DNA of 64,000 nucleotides from Strigamia acuminata (Eukaryota): NCBI GenBank assembly GCA_949358305.1, contig OX442314.1, positions 10,850,001 to 10,914,000 of the forward strand, read 5' to 3'. Shown piece by piece: positions 22,204 to 34,324 of this stretch (position 1 is its first letter; each line of letters starts with the position of its first letter). The notes under the pieces were generated by a model. It saw only the letters and a program-made list of their open reading frames with translations, ran no database searches and was not told where the DNA came from. The position numbers and the translations under genes were made by a program.

Positions 22204-24208
22204 GCGCCAACTATGTCTTTTGACCATGAATAAACACTTATGCTAATTCTACACTGCCGACTGGTCACTTCCAAACTACATCCAGCTACAAATCCTTGCA
22301 ATCCAATACAAATCCAAGCACGAAACACATTTCAAATATTACAAGTTAGTCAAAGACAGACTATTTTCACAGATTTCGGAAAAAATGATCTTGGAAATCG
22401 GTGGAAATAGACCGATTTCGGTGGAAATGATCGCCAAGTTCTACTAAAATAATTGTTCATTATTCCAGTAGAAAATATATTCTTCGTTTTTTTAGTTTAA
22501 TGAAAAAAAATATCTGATTTGGTTTATTAAGTGATTAATTTAAAACAAAATGAAAAACATTTGAAATTTAAAATTAACAAAATACGAACACAGTATTTTT
22601 TTTTTTATTATTAAATTTGTGTATGGAATATAAATAAAATAAAATAAAATACAATAAAATATATTAACTGATTCCTTTTTTATATTTCCATCGGTGGAAA
22701 TAGCATTTCCGTTAAATTTTCAGTTACATTGGCCACAATAATAATCCAGGGTGCAAGCGAATTTCAAGAAATAATGCTAAAAAGTTGAAGCACAACTTAA
22801 ACTACACAAATACACATTTTTACTCCCGATAAATTTCTATTAAATCTTTTTTTTCTTCTTGACTATAACCGCTCCCAACTAGCGTAAGACCGCTTTGTAT
22901 CAAGCAATAAAAAGATATGCACCTAAAGCAAAACCTGATGTCTTGTGAATCGACAACAGAATATTCCACAAATCTTTCCATTACAAACTCATGAGTGCAC
23001 ACGTCTGAATCTGCGCACAAACTGTAAGCGAGACAAAAGCAAAATTCCTTGAACACAACCTTTTCATTTTCCAGTAAAGAATTTCTTTGAGTGACACAAA
23101 TAAGTTCCAAAAAATGGCTGTCCAGCTTTCCAGCTTCACAAGTATCGATAATTTCAGATATTTTGTAAAAACTAATCAGCACGGGATCTTGAAGGTCTCT
23201 AGCTCCTTTCAACTGTTTTTTAATAAAGTCAAATACAATTTTGTTGGTCTTAAAATTCTCAAACCCCCGCCCAAAAAAACTCGCCAGTCTACACAAACTT
23301 TCTTCTAATTCGGATGCAACCGCCTCACTCATTCCTTCGGATGCAATTTCGGGAAGCCAGTTTCGAAATGTAGCGATGTTTTTGCATTCCACTGTTTCGC
23401 TGGTGAAGTGCTGAATGAGAACCGCTTTCTTGAGCCTGCTCATTTCACTCGCATTCGAGAAAGAAAAACTCAAAAATCGATTAATTTTCGTCCACTTGTT
23501 CATACTAAGTTCGTTGTGATTGCGAAGCAACCTGCGACAGATCTCATTCGCTAAGTAGGAACAATGCTCTTTAAAAATTGTCATTTCACTCTCTGTCGTG
23601 ATGTATTTATTTGCAATCGACTCCAAAAAATCCCAATGGAAATCATACGCTTTCTTAAAAAGTAAGTGAGCAACACATCTGTCCAAAATAATTCTTCTCT
23701 TTTTGATGCTCGTATCGTTAAGCAATAATAAATGGAAATTATCATAATCTTGCATCTCGCAAAGCATGTAGTGCACGAACGAATAATGAAGCTCGTAACG
23801 ACAATTCCTCATTTCCTCGGGAGCATTTCTCCAAAAACGAGTCAAACACACCTTGACTCTGTCTCGTTTGGACCAAAACGGTTGAACAGGCATTATCATC
23901 GCGATGTAGAAGGCATCACGTGACGCGAACAGGTTTAAAACGCGGCTCGACTTGGGCGTGAACGAGTGCGTGTGCAAAAAAGGTATCAGTACGGGCGCGA
24001 CAGGTTTCAATCCGAATCCCGAAGACAAAATGGTCCACAATTGAGGCTCGTCCATCTCACCAAGCAGAAAGTTCATGATGCCCGTCTCGAACGTGCAGTA
24101 ACAATCTTCGTCGTGTGGGTCATCGTAGAAGTGTGAAATCAAGTCTTCCAATTTACTTCTTCGCTGGGTTAGCAACTTGACGATCGCATTTCTTTCGTAC
24201 GATGTCAT

Positions 24209-27200
24209 TGTTATAATCGTGTGTGTCACCAGGCCGAATATGAATAAATCCCGAATGAGGGTCTCCGACCGCTAGGGGGAGTTGGTTGTATTTTCGGGTC
24301 ACGGAGGATGACGTGACGTAAACGTGACTTCCGGTCACTTGTTCTTCTGGAGACGCGTGCCCTGTATATGCCGTGCGAATAAAACCCCTCATATTTTTTC
24401 ATCCGAAGTTATCCAGTCTTTTCCCAAATACAACAAAGGGTTATGGGCCACAGCATCTAACACTGCGTGAGTTTTTACATCTCGTATCGATTTTCCGGGC
24501 GTTTTGACGAAGGAGTGACCACTGACCGGACCACGAGACGTTAGGCCTAATTTCCAACGCGTGGTAGATCGCCAATCAACCTTCAAAAATGGCGGACAGA
24601 GATGCGATGAGGATCGAAAAGCTGGAGGATGAAAACTACGCCACGTGGGCGTTCAAAATGCGAGTATTCCTGAAGAAGTCGGAATGGTGGACGGTCATCG
24701 TTGACGAAGCACCAGTGAACGGAGCAGCGGCGGCGAGGAACGCGTGGCGTGGCAAGGACGAAAAAGCCATGAACGCAATCGTCCAGGCCCTGTCGCCAGC
24801 ACAGACAGTGTACGTGATAAACAAAGACACGGCACGCGAATGCTGGGAGAAATTGGAGGAAATCCACCGAGGGCGAGCGCGCCAAAGACAGACTATTTTG
24901 CGCCGAGAGCTGACCAAAACGAGGTGGGAAAAAGCTGAGACGGCCACGAAGTTCCTGCAACGTGTGGAGTCGACGGTGAACCAGTTACGAGCTGTTGGCG
25001 GCGAAATTTCGGAGCAAGAGGTGGGAACTTTAATAATACAAAACCTGCCAAAACCATACCACAGCATCCAGAGAGCGTTTGACATGTGCGACGAAGATGA
25101 AGTGACGATGGTCAAGCTGCGGCACATGATCATACAGGAGGAATCGCGACAAACTGGAGACGATGAAGTGGTCGAGAAACTGCATAAAGTGAACCTGTCC
25201 AGCCGCACGAAGAACAACTATCGGGGCGGCGAACGGAACGGTGACCACGACGGAAAACGAGACCTGAAAAACGTAAGATGTTTCAATTGCCAGAAATTCG
25301 GGCACATGGCCAGAAATTGTCGCAGCCAGAAGGAGAGCGAGGGACGACGCGATAACAATTCCAAGCAGTCGAGAGGAAATGCCAAGAAGGAACAGCAGCC
25401 AGACGCCACCGCCAGGGCTGTGAAAGACAGACCAGAGTTTGCATTTCAGGTCAGAATCGACCAAACGGAAGGACGGCAGTGGAACCTCGACTCCGGAGCG
25501 ACGAGGCACATGACGGCGAACAGGGACTTTCTCGAATCGTTCGTGGCAGATGACGGAAGTCGAAAGGTGACGCTGGCAGATGGGCGCCAAATCCCAATCA
25601 TGGGCTGCGGAAACGTGAAATTCATTACGAACGACGCTGACTTGATCGCGAAGGAGGTATTATACATTCCTGATTTAAATGACAATTTGATTTCGGTGCC
25701 AAAACTCGACGACGCGGGTTTACTCGTTGCTTTCGGAAGCGGGAAGTGTACGATATCGAGCGGGGACCGAGTGATAATGACTGCTACAAAGATCGGGGAC
25801 GTGTATAGACTGAACGTGGAGACCGTGGTGGCCGCGCAGGCGAACACGTGCCAACAATCGACCGAGATCGATGTGTGGCACAACCGAATGTGCCACTTGA
25901 ACACGGGAACACTGGCGAAAATGCACGAAACGGGTGCAGTTTACGGTTTGGGGCCAATACAGAAGGACGGGCGGGCATGCGACGAGTGTGCAGCCGGGAA
26001 GATGGCCAGAAAACCATTCAAAACGATCGTGAGCGACCAATCGACCAAAATATTGGAACTCGTGCACATGGATCTGTGCGGGCCGCTGACGGAGACGATT
26101 GGCGGCAGCCGATATTTGTTTTTGCTAATAGACGACTTCAGTCGCAAAATGTTTGTCTATTTTATTAGGTCGAAGTCGGACGTTTTCGAGAACTTTAAGG
26201 AGTTTGTGGCGGCTGTGGAACGCGAAACCGACACGAAACTTAAACGTATCCGATCCGACAACGGAGGCGAGTTCGTGAACCACGAAATGGGCGAGTTCAT
26301 GAAGTCGAACGGCATCCACCACGAGCTTACGGTGCCATTCTCACCTGCCCAAAACGGCATCGCTGAACGCGGCAACAGAACGCTGATGGAGGCAGCACGC
26401 ACGATGCTGACGGCGGCGGCTTTGCCTTCGAAATTCTGGGCGGAGGCAGTCGCGACGGCCGCACACGTGCGCAACAGATGCTCGACAAGAGGAAACGGGG
26501 ACAGGATTCCACAAGAACTTTGGAGCGGACGGAAGCAGCAAGTTGGCTATTTTCGAACATTTGGCTGTGCTGCGCAGATGTGGATCCATAATTCCAAACG
26601 AAAGAAATTGGACGCGAAGTCGAAACCTGTCATTTTTATGGGTTACTGCGTCAACAGAAAGGGCTACCGAGTCTACGACCCGAAAACTGAGAAGCTAGAG
26701 CCGACACGCGACTTGAAATTCAACGAGGCGAGATGGGGCGGAGAAATGCTGACTTCGCCTCAGGGTTCGAATTTCGTGTCGCCGTACGACGCCGAGCAAG
26801 AGACCGGGGAGCAGACAACAGACAATCCAGAGCCCAACGAAACGGACAACGGTGCCACCGAAGACGAGGAGTCCACCACTGGAAACGGAGACGGAGACGA
26901 CGAAGAAGCTAACGAAAACACGACAACACGCAAATCAAAGCGCATCAAGAGGAAGCCAGACCGACTGGTGGTGCAGCCAAGAGGCGCCACATACTGCAAG
27001 AGCGTGAAGCACGTCGAGCCAAACACCGTGGTCCAAGCACAGGACTCTCCGGAACACAAGAAGTGGGAAAGCGCGATCCAGGAGGAACTGAAATCTCACG
27101 AGGAATTCAAGACGTGGAGACTGGTGAAAAGAGCCGTTGCAACAAATGTGCTGAAGTCAAGATGGGTTTTTAAAATCAAAAAGAACCAGCAGGGCGAGAT

Positions 27201-28952
27201 CGAGCGTTACAAAGCCAGATTGGTGGCCGTCGGATGCGGACAACGGCCGGGACTGGATTACGAGGACACATACTCACCTGTAATGCGACTTGCGAGCCTG
27301 CGACTACTTCTAGCCATTGCTGTCCAACAAAATTGGCGAGTACGACAATACGACGTGAAAACAGCGTACCTGCACGGGAAACTGCTTGAGAAGGTGTACA
27401 TGGAGCAGCCACCCGGGAACGAGGAACGAGACCGAGAAGAGTGGGTGTGCGAGCTTCTAAAAGCCATCTACGGACTCAAACAGGCCGGACGCACATGGTA
27501 CCTGACACTCGACAAAATACTCAGAAAAAATGGATTTCGGCGACTATACGCGGATGAAGGCGTGTACGTGCTCAACAATCAAAGCGGGACAACAATATTG
27601 GGGATTTTCGTCGACGACATGCTGAACGTGACGTCAAATATCGGGATCGAAGATTGGACGGCGGACTTGCTGAGAAAATCGGTCGAAATCAAGGATTTAG
27701 GCACACCAACGAGAATTTTGGGGCTTGACGTGGAATGCGACATCGAAAATGGATCGATCACCGTGTCGCAAGAAGCCTATATCGAGGAGGTGTTGGAAAG
27801 TTTCCAGATGGGGCCATGCAAACCAGTGTCGACGCCGATGGTCAAACACGACCAACCGAAGCCCGAAGACGACGTAAATCCAGACGAGGTGCCGTACCAG
27901 AGCCTGATGGGGTCGCTAATGTACCTCGTGCAGGGAACGAGACCGGACATCGCTTACGCAACTCACTACCTGTGCCGATACAATCACAGCCACGGATTGT
28001 CCCACTGGAAGATGGGAAAGAGGATTTTGCGTTACCTGAAGGGGACGAAGGGGAAGAAGTTGCGATTCGTACGAAACGAGGAACAGATGACGGGATACGT
28101 GGACGCGAGCTGGAATTGCAACACCGAGGATGCAAAATCGACAACCGGATTTATTTTTCTACTTGCAGGGGCCGGCGTAGTATGGAAGTCATCGAAGCAA
28201 ACGTGTGTCGGGATGTCGAGCTGCGAATCCGAATTCATCGCCATTAGCGAGGCGGTAAAAGAAGGACTTTGGCTCAAGAAATTTCTGGAAGAGCTGGGGC
28301 TGAACGAATTGATGGGGGACGCTGCGAGGCTGTACACCGACAGCGAGTCGGCCGAGATGTTGGCACGAGGACTGGCGCAGCATCAGCGGTCGAAACACAT
28401 TAATTTGCGCTATTGTTTTATAAAGGACGAGGTCGAGAACGGAGAAGTGGAGTTGCTGCACGCGGGAACCGACAAGATGGTCGCGGATATGCTGACGAAG
28501 GCGGTGACTTTGCAGAAGCAGTGCTGGTGTTCAAAGATGTGTGGACTGGATTAATATTTTTCGTATTTCATATGTCTTGCAGCAATGTTATATTTCTTGA
28601 TCTTTTATTATTCGATTGTATTAGTGTATTTCTGTTATTACTTGCCCATTTTTAGTTTTTAGTAATGTCATTCATTGATTTTGTATTTGTTTGTTTTTAC
28701 ACATTGACCAGGTGAAGAAGGTGTATGTTATAATCGTGTGTGTCACCAGGCCGAATATGAATAAATCCCGAATGAGGGTCTCCGACCGCTAGGGGGAGTT
28801 GGTTGTATTTTCGGGTCACGGAGGATGACGTGACGTAAACGTGACTTCCGGTCACTTGTTCTTCTGGAGACGCGTGCCCTGTATATGCCGTGCGAATAAA
28901 ACCCCTCATATTTTTTCATCCGAAGTTATCCAGTCTTTTCCCAAATACAACA
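24209..28952 (+). mobile_element. Ty1/Copia LTR retrotransposon, intact and recent
   Basis: Apparently identical 227-bp LTRs at 24209..24435 and 28726..28952; TSD GTCAT; copia-type PBS GGTTATGGGCC; empty site at ~47737. Confidence 0.98.
24589..28554 (+). CDS. Copia gag-pol polyprotein (gag, CCHC knuckle, protease LDSGA, integrase, RT FVDD, RNase H YVDAS)
   Basis: 1321-aa uninterrupted ORF with the copia domain order PR-IN-RT-RH. Confidence 0.96.
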   Translation: MADRDAMRIEKLEDENYATWAFKMRVFLKKSEWWTVIVDEAPVNGAAAARNAWRGKDEKAMNAIVQALSPAQTVYVINKDTARECWEKLEEIHRGRARQRQTILRRELTKTRWEKAETATKFLQRVESTVNQLRAVGGEISEQEVGTLIIQNLPKPYHSIQRAFDMCDEDEVTMVKLRHMIIQEESRQTGDDEVVEKLHKVNLSSRTKNNYRGGERNGDHDGKRDLKNVRCFNCQKFGHMARNCRSQKESEGRRDNNSKQSRGNAKKEQQPDATARAVKDRPEFAFQVRIDQTEGRQWNLDSGATRHMTANRDFLESFVADDGSRKVTLADGRQIPIMGCGNVKFITNDADLIAKEVLYIPDLNDNLISVPKLDDAGLLVAFGSGKCTISSGDRVIMTATKIGDVYRLNVETVVAAQANTCQQSTEIDVWHNRMCHLNTGTLAKMHETGAVYGLGPIQKDGRACDECAAGKMARKPFKTIVSDQSTKILELVHMDLCGPLTETIGGSRYLFLLIDDFSRKMFVYFIRSKSDVFENFKEFVAAVERETDTKLKRIRSDNGGEFVNHEMGEFMKSNGIHHELTVPFSPAQNGIAERGNRTLMEAARTMLTAAALPSKFWAEAVATAAHVRNRCSTRGNGDRIPQELWSGRKQQVGYFRTFGCAAQMWIHNSKRKKLDAKSKPVIFMGYCVNRKGYRVYDPKTEKLEPTRDLKFNEARWGGEMLTSPQGSNFVSPYDAEQETGEQTTDNPEPNETDNGATEDEESTTGNGDGDDEEANENTTTRKSKRIKRKPDRLVVQPRGATYCKSVKHVEPNTVVQAQDSPEHKKWESAIQEELKSHEEFKTWRLVKRAVATNVLKSRWVFKIKKNQQGEIERYKARLVAVGCGQRPGLDYEDTYSPVMRLASLRLLLAIAVQQNWRVRQYDVKTAYLHGKLLEKVYMEQPPGNEERDREEWVCELLKAIYGLKQAGRTWYLTLDKILRKNGFRRLYADEGVYVLNNQSGTTILGIFVDDMLNVTSNIGIEDWTADLLRKSVEIKDLGTPTRILGLDVECDIENGSITVSQEAYIEEVLESFQMGPCKPVSTPMVKHDQPKPEDDVNPDEVPYQSLMGSLMYLVQGTRPDIAYATHYLCRYNHSHGLSHWKMGKRILRYLKGTKGKKLRFVRNEEQMTGYVDASWNCNTEDAKSTTGFIFLLAGAGVVWKSSKQTCVGMSSCESEFIAISEAVKEGLWLKKFLEELGLNELMGDAARLYTDSESAEMLARGLAQHQRSKHINLRYCFIKDEVENGEVELLHAGTDKMVADMLTKAVTLQKQCWCSKMCGLD

Positions 28953-29738
28953 GTCATGAGTGACCAGAAATACTCAACGCCACATTGATTCGCGTGGTCT
29001 ATGGACAGGGAAAACATTTTGACTTTCTTGTTGAAAGGAATCTTCGAAGAGTCAGTTTTAATCGTCATCTTTTTCCAATATTTGTACATAATAGTTATTA
29101 AGTTTGAGTCCTTTTGTCTGTCGAACATCCTTTTCAAAATGTTGCCGTATTCGTTCGAAATATCTTCCACGACATCTGCGATGCAACAGACGACGGCGAG
29201 GCAGAATCTGGATTCGAACGTCCATTCTTCTAACTCTGAGAGAACCCTTGCTGTTTTGGTCATGTCTAGTTGTCCATATATTGACCATTTCGTGCATTGG
29301 ATAATGCTTTTCGCTGATTGTAAATCGAGAATGCTTTGGCCAGTAAAAACTTGGGAATTTAAGAATTTAAGCAAATCCCTCAATTGGCACCCGACGTGCT
29401 TCACCAAAGACCTCAACATCAATTTTAACTCGTTCGGAATATGAAGCTCATCCACTAGGTTAGAAACTGCTTCCTCACCTTTTGACCATCGCCTTCGACG
29501 ACTGTCTGCATTGATTTTCTTATTATTAATTTGAATACCGGTATTAAAATTATATTTCCATAGTAAAACCGAAGTTTCTACTAAGGTGATATGTTTTAGA
29601 CTCGGCAAGTCCAAAATGGACTTCATGATATGGAATTCAAAAAAAATGTGTTGTTGAATTGTAAAAATAAAAATATTCATTATTACTTTACAATAATAGT
29701 TTTGCCTGCTTTAAACGTCACAATTGTAAATTATACCA

Positions 29739-29961
29739 CAGTCCAATAATAAATGTTGCTAAATTAAGGCTTTGTCTAATTTCTCAATCGCAGTACTTCA
29801 AAGATAAAAAATATGACACTAGATGTCCCACACCTTACACAGTTTTTCTGTTCACCCGTATCCCTGCTTAAACCGAAGTTTTTTGCTACTACAGAGTGGA
29901 GTTATTTTCTTTTTTTATTCTTACGAACAGCCTTAATTTAGCAACATTTATTGATTTACTG
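29739..29961. mobile_element. Small MITE (~33-bp TIRs, CAGT...ACTG) upstream of the type E gene
   Basis: cagtccaataataaatgttgctaaattaaggct / agccttaatttagcaacatttattgatttactg; absent from the upstream regions of other paralogs. Confidence 0.7.
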
Positions 29962-30154
29962 TAATTATAATTTTGCTTTATTTTACTAGCAAAATTTGAA
30001 TTTAACGTAACTCACTATCGCGCATCTGTATTCTTGCCACTCTAGCCAGGCGTGAGTAGTGCATCTGGACACTGCTTTGCCATTTAACAATTGTGGATAG
30101 TTGACCATATTATGTCGTTATTTTTTGTATCAACTGGTTAAAATCACGAACGAC

Positions 30155-30391
30155 CAGTACACCGATAAGGGCAGCGGCGGTTTGCAGAATATCCATTTGG
30201 GAGGGTTTATCGTTATTTGTACGATTGAAGATCTTGTTTACTTACCCGCGTGTCCTATTGGATATACTCGTCATTTTGCCTCGTTTTACGAAAGTTGTGA
30301 GATTTTCTATTGCGCGCATTACGGCGCAAAGGCCATTAAAATAGAGTTGCAATTGCTCAAGCCGCCAACTTTTATTGAAGGTGAAAGTTAA
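30155..30391 (+). pseudogene. MPEG1-like P2-domain C-terminal fragment
   Basis: QYTDKGSGGLQNIHLGGFIVICTIEDLVYLPACPIGYTRHFASFYESCEIFYC...KPPTFIEGES*. Confidence 0.7.
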
Positions 30392-30550
30392 AGTTGTCCG
30401 TAAAGTATTGCCGAAAAAATAGCAAGTGTTTGTTGTAAATCTATGTCTTTGATGTAGTTTGATGTACAAAACTGAATAAATTAAAAATGTGATCGGGTAA
30501 AATGTGTTCTATTTTGTTTGCTTAGTCGATTTGCTTTCATTTTATACTTG

Positions 30551-31005
30551 TCTCTGTAATCTCTAGTTGAGGTATTTTAGTTTCTCTGATTTTGAGTCAT
30601 TTGTTGGTTCTTTAACTTTAGGTGTGTTTGTTAAATTTTGCAAACATAAAATTCACTTCTCAGTATATTGGATGGGCACTACTGAGTTTAGTGAAGAGGG
30701 AACAGTGTTGTCATTAATTATAAATTCAAAATTCAAAACTTTTCTGTGCTTGATCGAATACTTTTTTCTCAGGTTTGTTGTGATCGAATACTTTTTTTCC
30801 TCAAAGGTGTCAACAAAAATATCTGTAACTTTTTTAAATTTTGTTCAATTTTTTTCATTTTGCTACTAAATTGTAGCATTTGGCTAGGTCTTTTCAGTGA
30901 ATAAAATGTTTTGTTCATAAATTATTACTTAAACTGCAAAAAAAATGATTTTGTGTTCAAATGAGCTCATGTGGTAGCTGATCGAATACTTTTTGCCAGG
31001 GGTTG
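30551..31005. mobile_element. Truncated Tc1-like element end
   Basis: Ends in TTTTGCCAGGGGTTG|TA (reverse complement CAACCCCTGGCAAAAA). GATCGAATACTTTTT occurs three times as an internal direct repeat. Only one end is present. Duplicate at 49335..49789. Confidence 0.5.
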
Positions 31006-31342
31006 TACGTATATTCTTCATTTTTATAGTTTAATGAAAAAAAAATCTGATTGGGTTTACTAACTTGTAAAACAAAATGAAAAACATTTAAAATTTAAAA
31101 TTAACAAAATAAAAACATTATTTTTTTTAAAATTAAATTTGAGTATGGAATATAAATAAAACAAAATAAATAAAATATATTAACCGATTCCTTTTTTATA
31201 TTTCCACTGATATCGGTGGAAATAGTTTTTCCGTTAAATTATCCGTTACATTAGCCACAATAATAATCCAGTGTGGTTGCGAAATTCAAGAATTAATGCT
31301 AAAAAGTTGAAGCACAACTTTAAACTACACAAATACACATTT

Positions 31343-33391
31343 TTAATCCAGATAAGTTTCTATTAAATCTGTTTTTTCTTCTTGACTATAACCGCTCCTA
31401 ACCAGCGGAAGACCGCGTTGTATCAAGTAATAAAAAGATATGCACCTCATGCAATAACTGATGTCTTGTGAATTGACAACAGAATATTCCACAAATCTTG
31501 CCATTAAAAACTCATGATATGCCAAGTTGGAATCTGCGCACAAACTGTAAGCGAGGCAAAAGCAAAATTCCTTGAACACAACCATTTCATTTTCCAGTAA
31601 AGAATTTCTTTGAGTGACACAAATAAGTTCCAAAAAATCGCTATCCAGCTTTCCAGCTTCACACGTATCGATAATTTCAGATATTTTGTAAAAACTAATC
31701 AGCACCGGATCTTGAAGGTCTCCAGCTCCCTGCACCTGTTTTTTAATAAAGTCAAATACAATTTTGTTGGTCTCAAAATTCTCAAACCCCCGCCCAAAAA
31801 AACTCGCCAGTCGACACAAACTTTCTTCTAATTCGGATGCAACCGCCTCACTCATTTCTTCGGATGCAATTTCGGGAAGCCAGTTTCGAAATGAAGCGAC
31901 ATTTTTGCATTCCACTGTTTCGCTGGTGAAGTGATGAATGAGAACCGATTTCTTAATCCTGCTTATATCACTCGCATTCGAAAAAGAAAAATTCAAAAAT
32001 CTATCAAGTTTCGTCCACTTGTTCGCACTTATTTCGTTGTGAAGCAACGTGCGACAGATCTCGTTCGCTAAGTAGGAACAATGCTTTTTAAAAGTTGTCA
32101 TTTCACTCTCAGTCGTGATGTATTTATTTGCAATCGACTCCAGAAAATCCCAATGAAAATCATACGTTTTCTTAAAAAGTAAGTGAGCAACACATTTGTC
32201 CAAAATGATTCTTCTCTTTTTGATGTCCGTATCGTTAAGCAATAATAAATGGAAATTATCAAAATCTTGCATCTCGCAAAGCATGTAGTGCATGAACGAA
32301 TATTCAAGCTCGTAACAACAATTCCTCATTTCCTCGGGAGCATTTCTCCAAAAACGAATCAAACACACCTTCACTCTGTCTCGTTTGGACCAAGAACGTT
32401 GAACAGACATGCTCATCGCGTCATAGAAGTGGTCACCCGACACGAACAGGTTTAGAACGCGGCTAGACTTGGGCGTGAACGAATGCGTGTGCAAAAAATG
32501 TATCAGTACGGGTGCGAGAGGTTTCAATCCTAAGAATTCCGAAGACAAAATGGTCCTCATTTGATGCTCGTCCATCTCACCAAGTAGAAAGTTTATGATG
32601 CCAATCTCGAATGTGCAGGAACAATCTTTGTCGTGTGTGTCATCCTCGAAGTGTGAAAGCAAGTCTTCCAATTTACTTTTTTCCCGGATTAGCAGCTTGA
32701 TGATCGCATTTCTTTCGTACGGTGTCATGAGTGACCAAAAATACTCAACGCCACATTGGTTTGCGTGGTCTATGGAGAGGGAAAACATTTTGACTTTCAT
32801 GTTGAAAGGAATCTTCGAAGAGTCAGTTTTAATCGTCATCCTTTTCCAATATTTGTACATAATCGTTTTTAAGTCTGAGTCCTTTTGTTTGTCGAAAATC
32901 TTTTTCCAAATGTTGCCACATTCGTTCGAAATATCTTCCACGACATCTGCGATGCAACAGACGACGGCGAGGCTGAATCTGGATTCGAACGTCCATTCTT
33001 CTAACTCTGATAGAACTCTTGCTGTTTTGGTCATGTCTAGTTGTCCGTATATTGACCATTTCGTGCATTGGATAATGGTTTTCGCTATTTGTCCATCGGG
33101 AAAGCTTTGGCCAATAAAAACGTGGGAAAATAAGAAATTAAGCACATCCCACAACTGGCATCCGACGTGCTTCGCCAAAGACTTCAACAGTAATTTTAAC
33201 TCGTTCGGAATAAAAAATTCATCCACTAGTTTGGAAACTGCTTCCTCACCTTCTGACCATCGCCTTCGACGACTGATTGGAGTGGTTTTCTTGCTATTAA
33301 TTTGAATATTGAAATTACATTTCCATAGTAAAACCGAAGTTTTTACTAATGTGATGTGCATTAGACTCGGCAAGTCCAAAATGGACTTCAT
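31343..33391 (-). CDS. Tandem-family protein, copy 4 (type A, 682 aa)
   Basis: Intact ORF; the C-terminal part is nearly identical to copy 1. Confidence 0.85.
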   Translation of the reverse strand: MKSILDLPSLMHITLVKTSVLLWKCNFNIQINSKKTTPISRRRRWSEGEEAVSKLVDEFFIPNELKLLLKSLAKHVGCQLWDVLNFLFSHVFIGQSFPDGQIAKTIIQCTKWSIYGQLDMTKTARVLSELEEWTFESRFSLAVVCCIADVVEDISNECGNIWKKIFDKQKDSDLKTIMYKYWKRMTIKTDSSKIPFNMKVKMFSLSIDHANQCGVEYFWSLMTPYERNAIIKLLIREKSKLEDLLSHFEDDTHDKDCSCTFEIGIINFLLGEMDEHQMRTILSSEFLGLKPLAPVLIHFLHTHSFTPKSSRVLNLFVSGDHFYDAMSMSVQRSWSKRDRVKVCLIRFWRNAPEEMRNCCYELEYSFMHYMLCEMQDFDNFHLLLLNDTDIKKRRIILDKCVAHLLFKKTYDFHWDFLESIANKYITTESEMTTFKKHCSYLANEICRTLLHNEISANKWTKLDRFLNFSFSNASDISRIKKSVLIHHFTSETVECKNVASFRNWLPEIASEEMSEAVASELEESLCRLASFFGRGFENFETNKIVFDFIKKQVQGAGDLQDPVLISFYKISEIIDTCEAGKLDSDFLELICVTQRNSLLENEMVVFKEFCFCLAYSLCADSNLAYHEFLMARFVEYSVVNSQDISYCMRCISFYYLIQRGLPLVRSGYSQEEKTDLIETYLD

Positions 33392-33689
33392 GATTTGAAA
33401 TTGAAAAAAAAGTGTTGTTGAATTGTAAAAATAAAAATGTTCATTATTACTTTACAATAATAGTCTTGCCTGCTTTATTTAACATAACTCACTATCACAC
33501 ATATTCTTGCCACTCTAGCTAGGCCTGAGTAGTGCATCTTGTAACGGTTGTAAAACCGTGAAGTTCGAAAGTTCCCGACAGGTGACGCTGTTCTAATGAA
33601 CGTGCGTAGTTTAAATACATAACCAAAGTTGTAGTGATTATTATGACTAAACGGATAAATAAAAGTTATTTATTAACCTGAATAAAGTA

Positions 33690-34040
33690 TTATTTAGTAT
33701 AACATTGATTAGTTTTGGTCATGTCTAACTGTCCGAGTATTGTCCATTGCGTGCATTCGATGAGTTCACGAATGTTACGTACGTCGAGGAATTTGATTTC
33801 GTTGAAAACTTGGGGAACTAAGAAATTCAGCAAATCCCACAACTGCTTTCCGACATGCCAAACCAACAATTCCAACATTGATTTCAAAACGTCCGGAATG
33901 ACTAACCATCGCTTCTTACGACTGTTTGTAGTCACTTCTTTGCAATTAATATGATTAACGAAATAGCATTTCCACAGCAAAACTGAAGTTCTTGCTAGTG
34001 AAATATACTGTAGTCTCGGCAAGTCAAAAATGGTTCTCAT
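33690..34040 (-). pseudogene. Type b truncated paralog (116-aa ORF, with an in-frame deletion)
   Basis: Homolog of 10236..10625, truncated at the same point. Confidence 0.7.
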
Positions 34041-34216
34041 GCTGTGGAATTTCCAACCAAGCAGTTGTACAATGTGTTATATATTCTACATACAGAGTTC
34101 AGTTCTTTGCCGTTCGACAACTTCGTCGAGCTATCGACTTCATAAAATCTAAGAGATTAAAAATTAAAAATTTAAATTCAATTAAAAATAATTTGTATTG
34201 CTTTCTTACTTGTGAT

Positions 34217-34324
34217 TTACCCGCGTGTCCTATTGGATACACTCGCCATTTAGCCACGTTTTACGAAAGCTGTGAGATTTTCTATTGCGCGCATTACGGC
34301 GCAAAGGCCAATAAGTACTGCTGA
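34217..34324 (+). pseudogene. MPEG1-like P2-domain C-terminal fragment
   Basis: LPACPIGYTRHLATFYESCEIFYCAHYGAKANK. Confidence 0.6.

Larger units (their letters stand above)
22820..29626 (-). pseudogene. Tandem-family gene (type E) disrupted by a Copia insertion
   Basis: The halves 22820..24208 and 28953..29626 join to give the intact ORF seen at 46353..48410. Confidence 0.92.

Noticed and set aside
24636..28655. Many overlapping short ORFs within the Copia, Gypsy and BEL elements
   Set aside because: Alternate-frame or antisense ORFs expected in GC-richer retroelement coding sequence.
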